From a bacterium (lineage in GTDB: Bacteria; Zhuqueibacterota; Zhuqueibacteria; Oceanimicrobiales; Oceanimicrobiaceae), in assembly GCA_046758365.1 (NCBI GenBank), contig JBHIAC010000003.1:1-64000 (forward strand): a stretch of 64,000 nucleotides of DNA, given 5' to 3'. A program made the position numbers and the translations under genes. Below are positions 38,385 to 47,868 of this stretch, one piece after another (within the stretch, counting starts at the first letter, position 1; each line of letters starts with the position of its first letter). The notes beneath the pieces are model-generated. The model ran no database searches. It was not told the origin of the DNA and saw nothing but the letters and a program-made list of their open reading frames with translations.

Positions 38385-39591
38385 AATTAATATTTTTATG
38401 TACTTGGCTGGATTTATGCAAATCAAGGATTTTATTATTACCAGAATAGCCTTGACTTTCTACCCGAGCTATATTTTGAAATTTGTTGACCAACATTTCC
38501 AATCTTCCAGCCTGTTTTTCGATTTCTGTAATATCTTTGTACAATGGATGTTCTTTTTGGAGTTCTTCCTTAATTAAAGCACAATAGCCCGTAATTCCAG
38601 TAAGAGGTTGATTTAACTCATGACCTACCGCACCCGCTAACTCAATAACAGATTGCAATTTCTCTTTTTGAATCAGTTCTTCTTCATAATTCTTTTTCTC
38701 TGTAATATCTCTGATAATTTCTAAAATTCTACCATTTCCACCAATCCCGATTCCTTTGAAAGGGGTTACCGTTACTAAAAATACTTTATCTTTTTTTGTT
38801 TGAATCTCAAAGGAAGCTTCTTCAATTTTTTTATATTCTCTATTTAACGGACAGCCTCTGCAAGGATTTTTAAAACCAAAAAATGTTTTATAACACCTAT
38901 TCCCTCTTAAATTCTTTCCATATCGATCTGCAATCCATCTATTAGCAAATTGAATATTAAATTGTACATCAATAATGTTTACACCTTCCCCCAAGTGAGT
39001 TAAAATAGCATCCAATTTATCCCTTTCCAATTTAATATGCTGATAAAGCTGTGAATTCTCCAAAGCTACCCCGGCCTGAGTAGAAATTAAAGATAGGAGT
39101 TTTGCATCTTCAGCCGTATACACATTTAAGTTGTAGCTTTGTGTGCTCATTACACCAACAACTTGGTCTCTTACAATAATAGGGGATATAATTATGGATT
39201 TAGAAATTTTGCTATTGTGGCTAAATGTATTTAAAACATCTGGTTTGACAGAATTAATTTCTTCTTCTATTCCATTTAAAAGAATTGTTTCTTTTTTAAA
39301 AATTGCTTGACTGGCTAAAACATTTTCCAAAGGTTCCACAATTCTTGGATAACGTTTATTTTCATCTATAATAAATAACAAATCCAAATATTTTGTATTA
39401 TCTTTACACAATCCAATATAGAAAGCATCAGTAGGTATTACCTTTCCCACTAATTTGTAAATATTCCAGAACAGCGTTTCCAGGTCTAAGGTAGAGTTTA
39501 TAGATTTACTAATTTGATATAATATGTTAAATTGTTTTTTAAGAATTTGTACTTCTTTTTTCAGAGTAGATTTTTTAATTGAGGGATGCAT
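38365..39591 (-). CDS. GAF-PAS-HisKA sensor lacking an HATPase domain
   Basis: GAF, PAS with CY..F..C..CP and RDITE, GAVGHELNQPL; ends without N/G boxes. Confidence 0.85.
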   Translation of the reverse strand: MHPSIKKSTLKKEVQILKKQFNILYQISKSINSTLDLETLFWNIYKLVGKVIPTDAFYIGLCKDNTKYLDLLFIIDENKRYPRIVEPLENVLASQAIFKKETILLNGIEEEINSVKPDVLNTFSHNSKISKSIIISPIIVRDQVVGVMSTQSYNLNVYTAEDAKLLSLISTQAGVALENSQLYQHIKLERDKLDAILTHLGEGVNIIDVQFNIQFANRWIADRYGKNLRGNRCYKTFFGFKNPCRGCPLNREYKKIEEASFEIQTKKDKVFLVTVTPFKGIGIGGNGRILEIIRDITEKKNYEEELIQKEKLQSVIELAGAVGHELNQPLTGITGYCALIKEELQKEHPLYKDITEIEKQAGRLEMLVNKFQNIARVESQGYSGNNKILDLHKSSQVHKNINYDRRTS

Positions 39592-39910
39592 TTATTTTGG
39601 GGAAAAAAGTTGACTTTTAAATTTATACCATAAGGAAGCAGAAAATAAGTTCAAATATTCTTTTAATTGAATTTATCGGCAGAATTATTCCATTCTAAAA
39701 CGTCAAGTATGAATTCGAAGTAAAATTCGTGATAGAAAAATAACTATTTAATTACAGATTCGAAAGTAGAAGCAAATTAAAAGTTCGGAGTTGCCGTTTT
39801 ATAATGTATAAAACAATTTTAAATAAAAATAAGAGATTGTCAAGTAATTTTTTGTTTTATTTCGTAAAATTAATCAATAATTTGTTCGTGATAGGCCAAG
39901 AGGTGTAAAT

Positions 39911-40621
39911 TTATAGAGATATACTTTTAAATTCATTGTATAATTTTAAAACATACGGTATATAATTACTGGTCTCGGCATAAAGAATCCCTTCGGCTTT
40001 ATTGTTAGCCACCCAAAGGGCTGCCCTTTTTTCTCCACCGTTAAATGCTGCAAGTCCACCCTCCAAATCGTACATCTCAATTAAGGCAGAAAGGTATCGA
40101 GAGCCTATTCTAATATTATAAATAGGGTTGAAAAGAACTTCTTGAGATATAGTCCAGGTGATGCCTTCATAATTAGCAATCCACATTCCAGTCGTTGGCA
40201 TAATTTGCATTAAACCCATAGCACCAGCTTCAGAAACCACTTCTGGATCCCAAGTTCCTCCACTCTCATGAGTTATGGTTGCGCATAACAAATCAACATC
40301 CAAATTTGTATATTTTACACTCATATTATAAAGTTCATCAGCAATTTCATATTTCAAACTGGAAGGCATATCTTGATTGTATTTGCTAATTATTTTCATT
40401 ATTTTTTGAATGTTAAACTGGCGCACACTGTCAACATTCATCGCTGCGCGTATATCCTGAAGAGATTTTTCCAAATCGAAAAGTTTAGAATTATCTGGTA
40501 CATTAGTCTCCCAAAAAAATTTATAAGAGAACACACCCAACATCACAGAAATTAATACTAAAACAATGCCCTTAATAATTAAAGAGTTTTGAAGCAATAC
40601 CTTTTGAATGTCTCTTGACAT
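39911..40621 (-). CDS. Membrane-anchored lytic transglycosylase (SLT domain)
   Basis: ITHES, GAMGLMQIMP, NIRIG..YL, AAFNGG, ETSNY; AAGGAGG RBS supports ATG 40621 (ATG 40648 comes from the MITE edge). Confidence 0.9.
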   Translation of the reverse strand: MSRDIQKVLLQNSLIIKGIVLVLISVMLGVFSYKFFWETNVPDNSKLFDLEKSLQDIRAAMNVDSVRQFNIQKIMKIISKYNQDMPSSLKYEIADELYNMSVKYTNLDVDLLCATITHESGGTWDPEVVSEAGAMGLMQIMPTTGMWIANYEGITWTISQEVLFNPIYNIRIGSRYLSALIEMYDLEGGLAAFNGGEKRAALWVANNKAEGILYAETSNYIPYVLKLYNEFKSISL

Positions 40622-40647
40622 CGAAAACCTCCTTTCTTTAAATATCA

Positions 40648-40757
40648 TAGACTTCTGTAAAATAGGGTGTACAACCTTTAGGTTGAGATTGTCCTAGGCA
40701 GACTGAAGCCTGTACACCCATTTTGAGCATGCTTTAAATTAATTTTGCAGAAGTCTG
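40648..40757. mobile_element. 110-bp MITE, copy 2
   Basis: TIR AGACTTCTG/CAGAAGTCT; flanking direct repeat TAAATATCA (40639-40647, 40758-40766). Confidence 0.9.
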
Positions 40758-40763
40758 TAAATA

Positions 40764-41363
40764 TCAAATATTCTGGTATTTCAAATTATATTCAATTTCT
40801 TCAATGGCTTTTTGAACAACTTTTTTTAAACTTTGACTTATAGCTCTCACAACCTCCACAGGCTCTCTTTTCATAGCTTTGGTTTTTTCAGAGAATTCAT
40901 TTTCCCAAACAATTTCATTGGATTTAGTATTTTGTAATTGAAAAACAAGAGTTACAATACCATACCAGGCGTTACCTTCATCCCACTCCTCAAAAGCATT
41001 AATCTGTCCTTTTAAAATATAATCAATATTAAAAGTGGATGGTATTCTCACGACCCTTTGAAAAAATCCAGATGCTCGGAATTGATTTAATACTTTTTCA
41101 GTTACGATCTTTTTGGGCGGTGCAATCCACCGGCGATAGTGATAAAATTGAACTTCATAAGGGGACTGCCGATAAACAATACGGTCTCCTTCATAAAGAA
41201 TATCTGCATCAAATTGTACAATCCCTAAGGTTATTGGAATAATATCATTTCGTGAATTAGTGCTAGGCAATTCATAGTCAATACGGTAATAATAAGTGGG
41301 CGGCACACTTCCACAATGGTTTAAAAAACTCAAAGCCAATAAAACCAAAAGATTTTTTTTCAT
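40764..41363 (-). CDS. PqiC-like ABC-transport auxiliary lipoprotein
   Basis: Signal with Cys, YYRI, RIVYR..RWIAPP motif; follows an MCE gene. Confidence 0.85.
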   Translation of the reverse strand: MKKNLLVLLALSFLNHCGSVPPTYYYRIDYELPSTNSRNDIIPITLGIVQFDADILYEGDRIVYRQSPYEVQFYHYRRWIAPPKKIVTEKVLNQFRASGFFQRVVRIPSTFNIDYILKGQINAFEEWDEGNAWYGIVTLVFQLQNTKSNEIVWENEFSEKTKAMKREPVEVVRAISQSLKKVVQKAIEEIEYNLKYQNI

Positions 41364-41398
41364 TCACAATACCTCTTTTCAAATTTTCTTATTAAAGT

Positions 41399-42295
41399 TC
41401 AAGGTAGTTTTCTTTCAGGTGGAGCGGCTTTTCTTACCAATAACCAAGGACGTTCTTTTACCATACGAGTAAATTCTTCCAAATTTTGGGAAGCAAATTG
41501 AAAATTTTCCATAATTTCATTAAAGTTATTATTGTTAGTCATCAATATGGACTGGAAATTAGACAATGTGGTCCGAAGTTCAGAAATTAATTGGCTTGTT
41601 TCTTCTGTGGTAGATTTTAAATGAGCTAAGGTTAAGTCAAAATTTCCTTTGTTTTTAACCATTAACTCATTTAAATCTTTACTTAATTTGGCTAATTGAC
41701 CGCTGAGTTCCTCTAAATTTGTTACCAATTTTGAAAAATGTTTTTGCCCATCAACCAGTAAATTGTCCATATTCTCCATTATCGATGTGAAATGGGTACG
41801 ATTTTCTTCATTGAAAATATCGACTACTCGGGTAATTAATTCTTGTAACTGAGTATTTAGCTCGCTCAAGGGTTCCGCCATTTGCGAAAAGCTGAGTACT
41901 TCTTTACTATCGATTACAATTCCAGGGGGTAATAGGTCTGCCCCTAAGGTCCCTGTGGTAATTTCTATATGTTGGTCAGCCATAATTCCAACGGAGGTTA
42001 TAAAAGCTTTAGAATCAACTCTCACTGGGGTTTTTTCATCTATTTGTATTTTAATAGCAATCTTACTTTCGTTACTATTGGGTAAAGTAATTTCTGATAC
42101 ATAACCAACATCCATTCCCCCATACTTTACCAAAGAACCTTTTGAAATTCCACCAATATATTTAAAATAGATTTGGTATTCTTTTGTCTTTTCGCCAATA
42201 TCGATACCAAAAATTACTACCAAAAATAATATTAGAAAACATAGGCTTAAAAAAATCATCAATCCTGCTTTTATTTCATTTGCTTTAAATTCCAT
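41399..42295 (-). CDS. mlaD: MCE/MlaD-family protein with long helical tail
   Basis: TM; GGISKGSLVKYGGMDVGYV; C-terminal ERPWLL. Confidence 0.9.
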   Translation of the reverse strand: MEFKANEIKAGLMIFLSLCFLILFLVVIFGIDIGEKTKEYQIYFKYIGGISKGSLVKYGGMDVGYVSEITLPNSNESKIAIKIQIDEKTPVRVDSKAFITSVGIMADQHIEITTGTLGADLLPPGIVIDSKEVLSFSQMAEPLSELNTQLQELITRVVDIFNEENRTHFTSIMENMDNLLVDGQKHFSKLVTNLEELSGQLAKLSKDLNELMVKNKGNFDLTLAHLKSTTEETSQLISELRTTLSNFQSILMTNNNNFNEIMENFQFASQNLEEFTRMVKERPWLLVRKAAPPERKLP

Positions 42296-42312
42296 ATTTT
42301 TCTCCTGTTCAA

Positions 42313-43104
42313 CTAAGTTTCACCGGTTAATGTATATAGATATCTTTCTCGGTCCACTTCTTCAGCATCAGGTTCTCGATTAAAAAATTGCTGAATGACT
42401 GTTTCTGGATTATCGTTAAGTTCATCTTGAGTCCCCACCGCGATAATTTTACCGTCATGCATCATAGCAATTCGATCAGCGATAATTTTGACGGAATCCA
42501 ATGCATGAGTAACAACCACAATCGTCATATTATGGGCTTTTTTAAGTTTTAAAATTAAATTGTCAATCCCAGCCGCTACGACTGGATCCAAGCCAGCCGA
42601 TGGTTCATCACAGAATAATATTTCCGGGTCCATGGCTATAGCGCGAGCCAAGCCGGCCCGTTTTTTCATGCCTCCTGAAAGTTGTGAAGGTTTAAAATCT
42701 TCGAATCCGGTCAAACCAACTGAAGCTAATTTCATATTGGTCATAATCTTGATGGTGCTTTCTTCCAATTGGGTATGTTCTCTTAAGGGCAAAGCAACAT
42801 TATCACCGATAGTCATTGAATTAAACAAAGCCGAAGATTGAAAAAGCATACCAACCTTCTTGAGGATTTCTACTTTCTCATCTTCGCTCATGGTAGTAAT
42901 ATCTTTACCTTTAATTAAGATTTGACCACAGGTCGGTTTCGACAGACCAATGATATGTCTAAGTAAAGTGGTTTTACCACATCCAGACCTGCCAAGAATG
43001 GCAATAGATTCCCCTTTATTTATCTCCAAATTAATGCCATTTAATATTGTTCTTGGCCCGTAGATTACAACCAGATCTTTTACTTGAATAATTGGCCTAT
43101 CCAT
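42313..43104 (-). CDS. mlaF: MlaF-like ABC ATPase
   Basis: GRSGCGKT, GMLFQSSALF, LSGGMKKRAGLARA, CDEPSAGLDP. Confidence 0.93.
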   Translation of the reverse strand: MDRPIIQVKDLVVIYGPRTILNGINLEINKGESIAILGRSGCGKTTLLRHIIGLSKPTCGQILIKGKDITTMSEDEKVEILKKVGMLFQSSALFNSMTIGDNVALPLREHTQLEESTIKIMTNMKLASVGLTGFEDFKPSQLSGGMKKRAGLARAIAMDPEILFCDEPSAGLDPVVAAGIDNLILKLKKAHNMTIVVVTHALDSVKIIADRIAMMHDGKIIAVGTQDELNDNPETVIQQFFNREPDAEEVDRERYLYTLTGET

Positions 43105-43932
43105 TTAAAAAGTAGAATAAAACAAAGCCGTGAAAAATACATCTGCTACAATAATTAGAAATATAGAGGTAACCACAGACATGGTAGTTGATTTTCCAAC
43201 CCCCTCGGCACCTCCTTCAACTTTGAAACCTTCATAACACCCAATTTTGACTATGATTAAAGCAAAAAAAACACTTTTAACCAACCCGCTAATGAAATCC
43301 TTAAATTCCAAAGCTGAAATCGTTTGATCCAGATATCGAACACTGGTAATGTTTAAAGTGACAATAGCGATTATATAGCCTCCCAAAATTCCGATAAAAT
43401 CTGCAATGATAGTAAGACAAGGCAGCATAATTAACATAGCGAGAGTTCTAGGAACGACTAAAAATTTAATCGGATTAAATCCCATAGTCTGAAGCGCATC
43501 AATTTCCTCATAAACTTTCATAGTACCAATTTCAGCGGTAATAGCTGATCCGCTGCGACCTGTAATAATAATAGCTGTTAAAAGTGGAGATAGCTCTCGG
43601 ATTATGGACACGGCCACTAAATTCGCCACATAAATCGTTGCCCCAAATCTCTGCAATTGATAGGCTGACTGCATGGCGATAATCAGACCTACAAAAAAAG
43701 CGATGAGAGCCACAATTGGAATAGATTCATAGCCAATTCTGACCATTTGCTCAACTGTACTTTTCCAACTCAACCCTTTGCCTTTGAATGGCGCGACAAC
43801 TGTCCAATAAATGGTTTGGATAGCCAGTTTAGAAATACGGCTTAGATGACCCAAAAAAACAAACGCAATTTGACCTATACGGCCAAATAAGCTACTAATG
43901 AGTCCCAGGTTTGTCAAAGGCCTCTTTTGCAT
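43105..43932 (-). CDS. mlaE: MlaE-like ABC permease
   Basis: RELSPLLTAIIITGRSGSAITAEIGTMKVYEEIDAL, GAEGVGKSTT; start uncertain. Confidence 0.93.
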   Translation of the reverse strand: MQKRPLTNLGLISSLFGRIGQIAFVFLGHLSRISKLAIQTIYWTVVAPFKGKGLSWKSTVEQMVRIGYESIPIVALIAFFVGLIIAMQSAYQLQRFGATIYVANLVAVSIIRELSPLLTAIIITGRSGSAITAEIGTMKVYEEIDALQTMGFNPIKFLVVPRTLAMLIMLPCLTIIADFIGILGGYIIAIVTLNITSVRYLDQTISALEFKDFISGLVKSVFFALIIVKIGCYEGFKVEGGAEGVGKSTTMSVVTSIFLIIVADVFFTALFYSTF

Positions 43933-44263
43933 CGTCCACAGTATCATAAATATCAAACACTTTATCTAACCTACTAAGTTCAAACACATCCTTAACACCG
44001 GTTTGTAAATTGGCTATCTTTAATTTGCCGCCATATTTTTCTACCTTTTGTAGTGCTTCCACCAGAGTGGCAACGCCCGAACTATCCATGTATTTAACCA
44101 TACTCAGGTCAACTATAATAGTGCCAGTTTCAACGTCAGTAAGCTTGATAAGCCTTTTTCTTAAATTAGGCGAGGAGTAGAGATCCACTTCTCCTTCAAT
44201 CTCTACAATTGTAACAGAAATTTGATTTTTAGTTTTATCTATTTTCGTTCTAACCTCTAACAT
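43895..44263 (-). CDS. STAS-domain anti-sigma antagonist (RsbV/SpoIIAA-like)
   Basis: GEVDLYSSP.LR, VDLSMVKYMDSSG; TAATG coupling to the upstream gene. Confidence 0.9.
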   Translation of the reverse strand: MLEVRTKIDKTKNQISVTIVEIEGEVDLYSSPNLRKRLIKLTDVETGTIIVDLSMVKYMDSSGVATLVEALQKVEKYGGKLKIANLQTGVKDVFELSRLDKVFDIYDTVDDAKEAFDKPGTH

Positions 44264-44682
44264 TAGCACTCCTTCTTGCCTGGTAAAAATTTTGCCAGGG
44301 TCAATTGATTCCCTTTCTCAAGAGAATTGTCATAAATAACCACATCCATAGTACTTTTTATTAAATGAACGCCTAAACCACCCGGTCTAATATCTTCCAA
44401 ATCTCGTGACTTAATTGTTTTTGGATCTACTTTTTGCCCAAAATCTCGCAGTTTCACTTCCAATCGGTCCTTTAATAACTGAAATTTTAAAATGATAAGT
44501 TGATCTTTTTGGTCATTGTAAGCATGTTTTATAATATTTGAAGCGGCTTCATCTACAGCAAGTGTAAAGGCATTACACTCCTCTTTAGAATAGCCACAAA
44601 CTTCGCACAAATGATTTATGGCGCATCGAACTATTTTTAATAATTTTGGGTCGCTGGGCAGCTTTATTTCAATAGTGTCCAT
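44263..44682 (-). CDS. RsbW/SpoIIAB-like serine kinase (HATPase_c_2)
   Basis: LAVDEAASNIIKHAY, RDFG, RPGGLGVHLI..MD. Confidence 0.9.
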   Translation of the reverse strand: MDTIEIKLPSDPKLLKIVRCAINHLCEVCGYSKEECNAFTLAVDEAASNIIKHAYNDQKDQLIILKFQLLKDRLEVKLRDFGQKVDPKTIKSRDLEDIRPGGLGVHLIKSTMDVVIYDNSLEKGNQLTLAKFLPGKKEC

Positions 44683-45013
44683 AGCAAATTCTCCTCAAAA
44701 CTTACCGTTAGTCGTATTAGCATTCCTGTAAATAATTTCACTGCCATTTCAGCGTCATACTTATTTAAATCATGATTTTAGTAAGTAGGTTGTGAAAAGA
44801 TTTAAACGGACCTGAACTGGCTTCGGTCTTCCTGACGCATTTTAAACCTTTTCCATTTTAATTTAAATTTGTTGTCGTAATGAATCGCTTTTCGATTAAA
44901 AAAGATAAAATAAAAGCATCTCAAATGCAAGAAAAAAAAAGAAATACTTATATTTATTATTTTTAATAAAAATAAAACCTTGAAGATTTTGTATTCAGTT
45001 AAAACAGAATATT

Positions 45014-45049
45014 TGTCCAATTTCCGAACACCTGTTCCATAACTACACA
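45014..45049 (+). promoter_or_regulatory. Tandem TGT-N11-ACA enhancer-like boxes
   Basis: 45014-45030 and 45033-45049, about 85 bp upstream of a -24/-12 element. Confidence 0.6.
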
Positions 45050-45134
45050 ATTTGATTGGTTAATAAAATAAGTTTTATGGGGCTAACGTATATAAATATA
45101 ACAATTTATCTTATTTCCCCCTTAACTTACAACA

Positions 45135-45150
45135 TGGCACATTTATTGCA
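45135..45150 (+). promoter_or_regulatory. Sigma54 (-24/-12) promoter
   Basis: TGGCAC-ATTTA-TTGCA, consensus match. Confidence 0.82.
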
Positions 45151-45285
45151 AATTTCCTTAAATCATTTAAAATAATTATATTTCTTTCCGCACCTTGAGT
45201 ATTTTGCACCTATCATAATAAATATGTAAGTCTAATATTGTCAATTTATAAGCATTTTAGAAATCGTTAATATAATTTATGCACC

Positions 45286-47856
45286 ATGGGTACAACCTCT
45301 GAGATGATACTTGCTTATAACAAAATTTTGGACAATAAATACGAAATTGTCCGAGAAATTAAAAAAGGCGGTTTTGGAATTGTATATTATGGAATAGATA
45401 AAAAACTTAATAAACCAGTTGCTATTAAGGAAATTGCGCCCGAACTCTTGGAGGAACCCAAATATTTGGATATGTTCCAAGAAGAGGCGCTAAACATAGC
45501 AAAATTAAGTCATAACAACATTGTCCATATATATGAATTAAAAAAAACTGCAGATGGTCGTCTTTATATCATAATGGAGTATATCGATGGTATAGATTTA
45601 GAAAAAATTATAAGACGGGCTAGAAAGTTAGACAACAAAATTCCACCCCATTTAGCTATTTACATAGTTGCAGAAATTTGTATGGCGCTTGAATATGCCC
45701 ATAACCGTCGAGATGCCTTCACAAACAAGCCCTTAAATTTAGTCCATCAAGACATTTCTCCTTCAAACATAATGATTTCCCGATATGGGGATGTAAAGCT
45801 GATCGATTTCGGGATTGCTTCGGTACGTAGACATCAAACCAAAGAAAAACGGGATGACAAACTCCGTGGTAAAATTCCATACATGGCTCCGGAACAGTTG
45901 ATCATGGGAAATCATCCTGACCATAGTTCAGACTTATTCTCTTTAGGCTTAGTGCTGTTTGAGGCGTTAACAGGAGAAAGGATATTTAATTCTCAAGAAG
46001 AATTAATATCAGCAGGTAAAAATGCTAAATGGTTTAAAAAAGCTATAAAAGGCAAAAAAATCCCATCACCATTAGAAAAAATCCTCTCTAAAGCACTGCA
46101 AATAGACCTCACTAAGCGCTATCAAAGCGCCAACCACATGTACATAGATTTGCTTCAATATCTCATTTCTTGCAATGAGACTGGCGAATTGATGGATCAT
46201 TTAGCTGATTATATCGGTGAACTTTTTGTAAATGGTAAACTTTCTGAATCAAACAATAACAGAAAGAGTGATATAATAGAAATTAAAGAAGATTCACAAC
46301 AATCCACTTCAAACCAGTTAATCTCTCCTCATTGGGATGCTGGTATTAGATGGAATAAAAATGATCCTCTTTCAGCAGATAATACACATCCACTTTTGCC
46401 TGATAGTCACAGAATGTCACAGCCAAAAAGTCTCGCTCCGGTCGAATATGAAGACGAGGAGGAAGACCTTAAAACGGTAATTGATGTACTAAGAATATCG
46501 GCAAAAAATCATAAAAAACGGATCATACAAGTAAACATAGGCGTACTGATTGTAGCCATCATATTTGGGGCGTTTGATACTGTCAAAGGATGGACGCCGT
46601 TAGGGACTTGGATTTATGATTGGTTATTTCCACCTGCTATTGAAATTATAACCGTTCCACCTGAGGCTCAAGTATTATTAGACGGCAAGGAAATTGAAGG
46701 ACGCACCCCGATTTCCATTGATGAAATTTCGCCAGGTGTGCATAGGCTTCAACTTTCTTTAGAAGGATACAAGCCAATAGTTAAGTCATTATTTGTTCCA
46801 AGGGAAGGCACAATTCGTGTACAAGGAGAATCAGAAAACGAGAATAAAAGAAGCTATCTTTTCAGATTTAATACTGAAATTGAAATTAATTCAAATCCAG
46901 CAGAAGCTTTGGTATATATTAATGGCATCCGCTTCAACCAAAAATCGCCTTGTACCATATCTTGGGAAGTGGGAACGCCCCTTTCCATTGAAATGGAACA
47001 CAATGGATTCGAGCGCCTTATAGGTTATTCTTTAAATACAAAAGATGGATATGATGAAGTTGAAGACCACAGATTTTGGGAAATGTCAATACGAAATGAA
47101 CCTTATACTAAATATTCAGTTAATGGAATTTTCCGAAAAAGAGTAATCATAGAAACGATCCCAGAGAGTGTTGAAATTTATACCAAGGAAAATAATAGAG
47201 CGATGGGTGTCACCGGCAGGAATCATAGCATTTTATTAACTGCCGGAACTCATGAACTCATTTTGCAGAAAAAGAATTTTTTACCTAAACGAATCAAATT
47301 AAATATTGATGAAAATTTTAACAAAAAGGTTACGGCTGTCCTTTCTAAAAGAGTATACTTTACCGCTTATGAGGAGTTAGATTTATCGCAGCAGGACATT
47401 GGAGCAACTTTAGTGAGTTTGAAAAATGGAAGAGACAATATTCTAACCAGCAGCAAAATAACCCCTTTTGAAATGATATTATCAGCCTATACTTATACCG
47501 CCGAATTTCAAAAGCAAGGATATCAAAAGGCTAAAGTAACAGTTAGGCCAGAAGTCCAGGAAGTGAAAGTAGAAATGCAACCTGCGAAAGCGATTGTGCA
47601 GGTTAAAGTGTTAGACGGCTTAACTAGTCAACCGATTTCAGATGCTGAAATTTCTTATAATTTTATTGGTAATCCTCAAAATTTTGAAACCTACTTTGAC
47701 CAAACCGATGCAAATGGTGAAGGATTTGGAGAGCTAATTGAGGGAGAATATATTTTTAGTGTTAAGAAATCAAGATATAATATTCTAAATAAAAATCTAT
47801 CCACACGCGCTGGCGAAACCTATAGAATTGTATTTAAAATTTACCCGTCGAACTAA
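45286..47856 (+). CDS. Transmembrane Hanks-type Ser/Thr kinase with extracytoplasmic PEGA domains
   Basis: GGFGIVY, VAIK, HQDISPSN, DFG, YMAPE, SDLFSLG; TM; PPEAQVLLDG..GRTP and SNPAEALVYING PEGA repeats. Confidence 0.93.
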   Translation: MGTTSEMILAYNKILDNKYEIVREIKKGGFGIVYYGIDKKLNKPVAIKEIAPELLEEPKYLDMFQEEALNIAKLSHNNIVHIYELKKTADGRLYIIMEYIDGIDLEKIIRRARKLDNKIPPHLAIYIVAEICMALEYAHNRRDAFTNKPLNLVHQDISPSNIMISRYGDVKLIDFGIASVRRHQTKEKRDDKLRGKIPYMAPEQLIMGNHPDHSSDLFSLGLVLFEALTGERIFNSQEELISAGKNAKWFKKAIKGKKIPSPLEKILSKALQIDLTKRYQSANHMYIDLLQYLISCNETGELMDHLADYIGELFVNGKLSESNNNRKSDIIEIKEDSQQSTSNQLISPHWDAGIRWNKNDPLSADNTHPLLPDSHRMSQPKSLAPVEYEDEEEDLKTVIDVLRISAKNHKKRIIQVNIGVLIVAIIFGAFDTVKGWTPLGTWIYDWLFPPAIEIITVPPEAQVLLDGKEIEGRTPISIDEISPGVHRLQLSLEGYKPIVKSLFVPREGTIRVQGESENENKRSYLFRFNTEIEINSNPAEALVYINGIRFNQKSPCTISWEVGTPLSIEMEHNGFERLIGYSLNTKDGYDEVEDHRFWEMSIRNEPYTKYSVNGIFRKRVIIETIPESVEIYTKENNRAMGVTGRNHSILLTAGTHELILQKKNFLPKRIKLNIDENFNKKVTAVLSKRVYFTAYEELDLSQQDIGATLVSLKNGRDNILTSSKITPFEMILSAYTYTAEFQKQGYQKAKVTVRPEVQEVKVEMQPAKAIVQVKVLDGLTSQPISDAEISYNFIGNPQNFETYFDQTDANGEGFGELIEGEYIFSVKKSRYNILNKNLSTRAGETYRIVFKIYPSN

Positions 47857-47868
47857 GTGAATTGTCTT

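Noticed and set aside
40622..40648. N-terminal extension MIFKERRFS of the SLT gene
   Set aside because: The ATG is formed by the MITE edge and the extension contains the real RBS (AAGGAGG).
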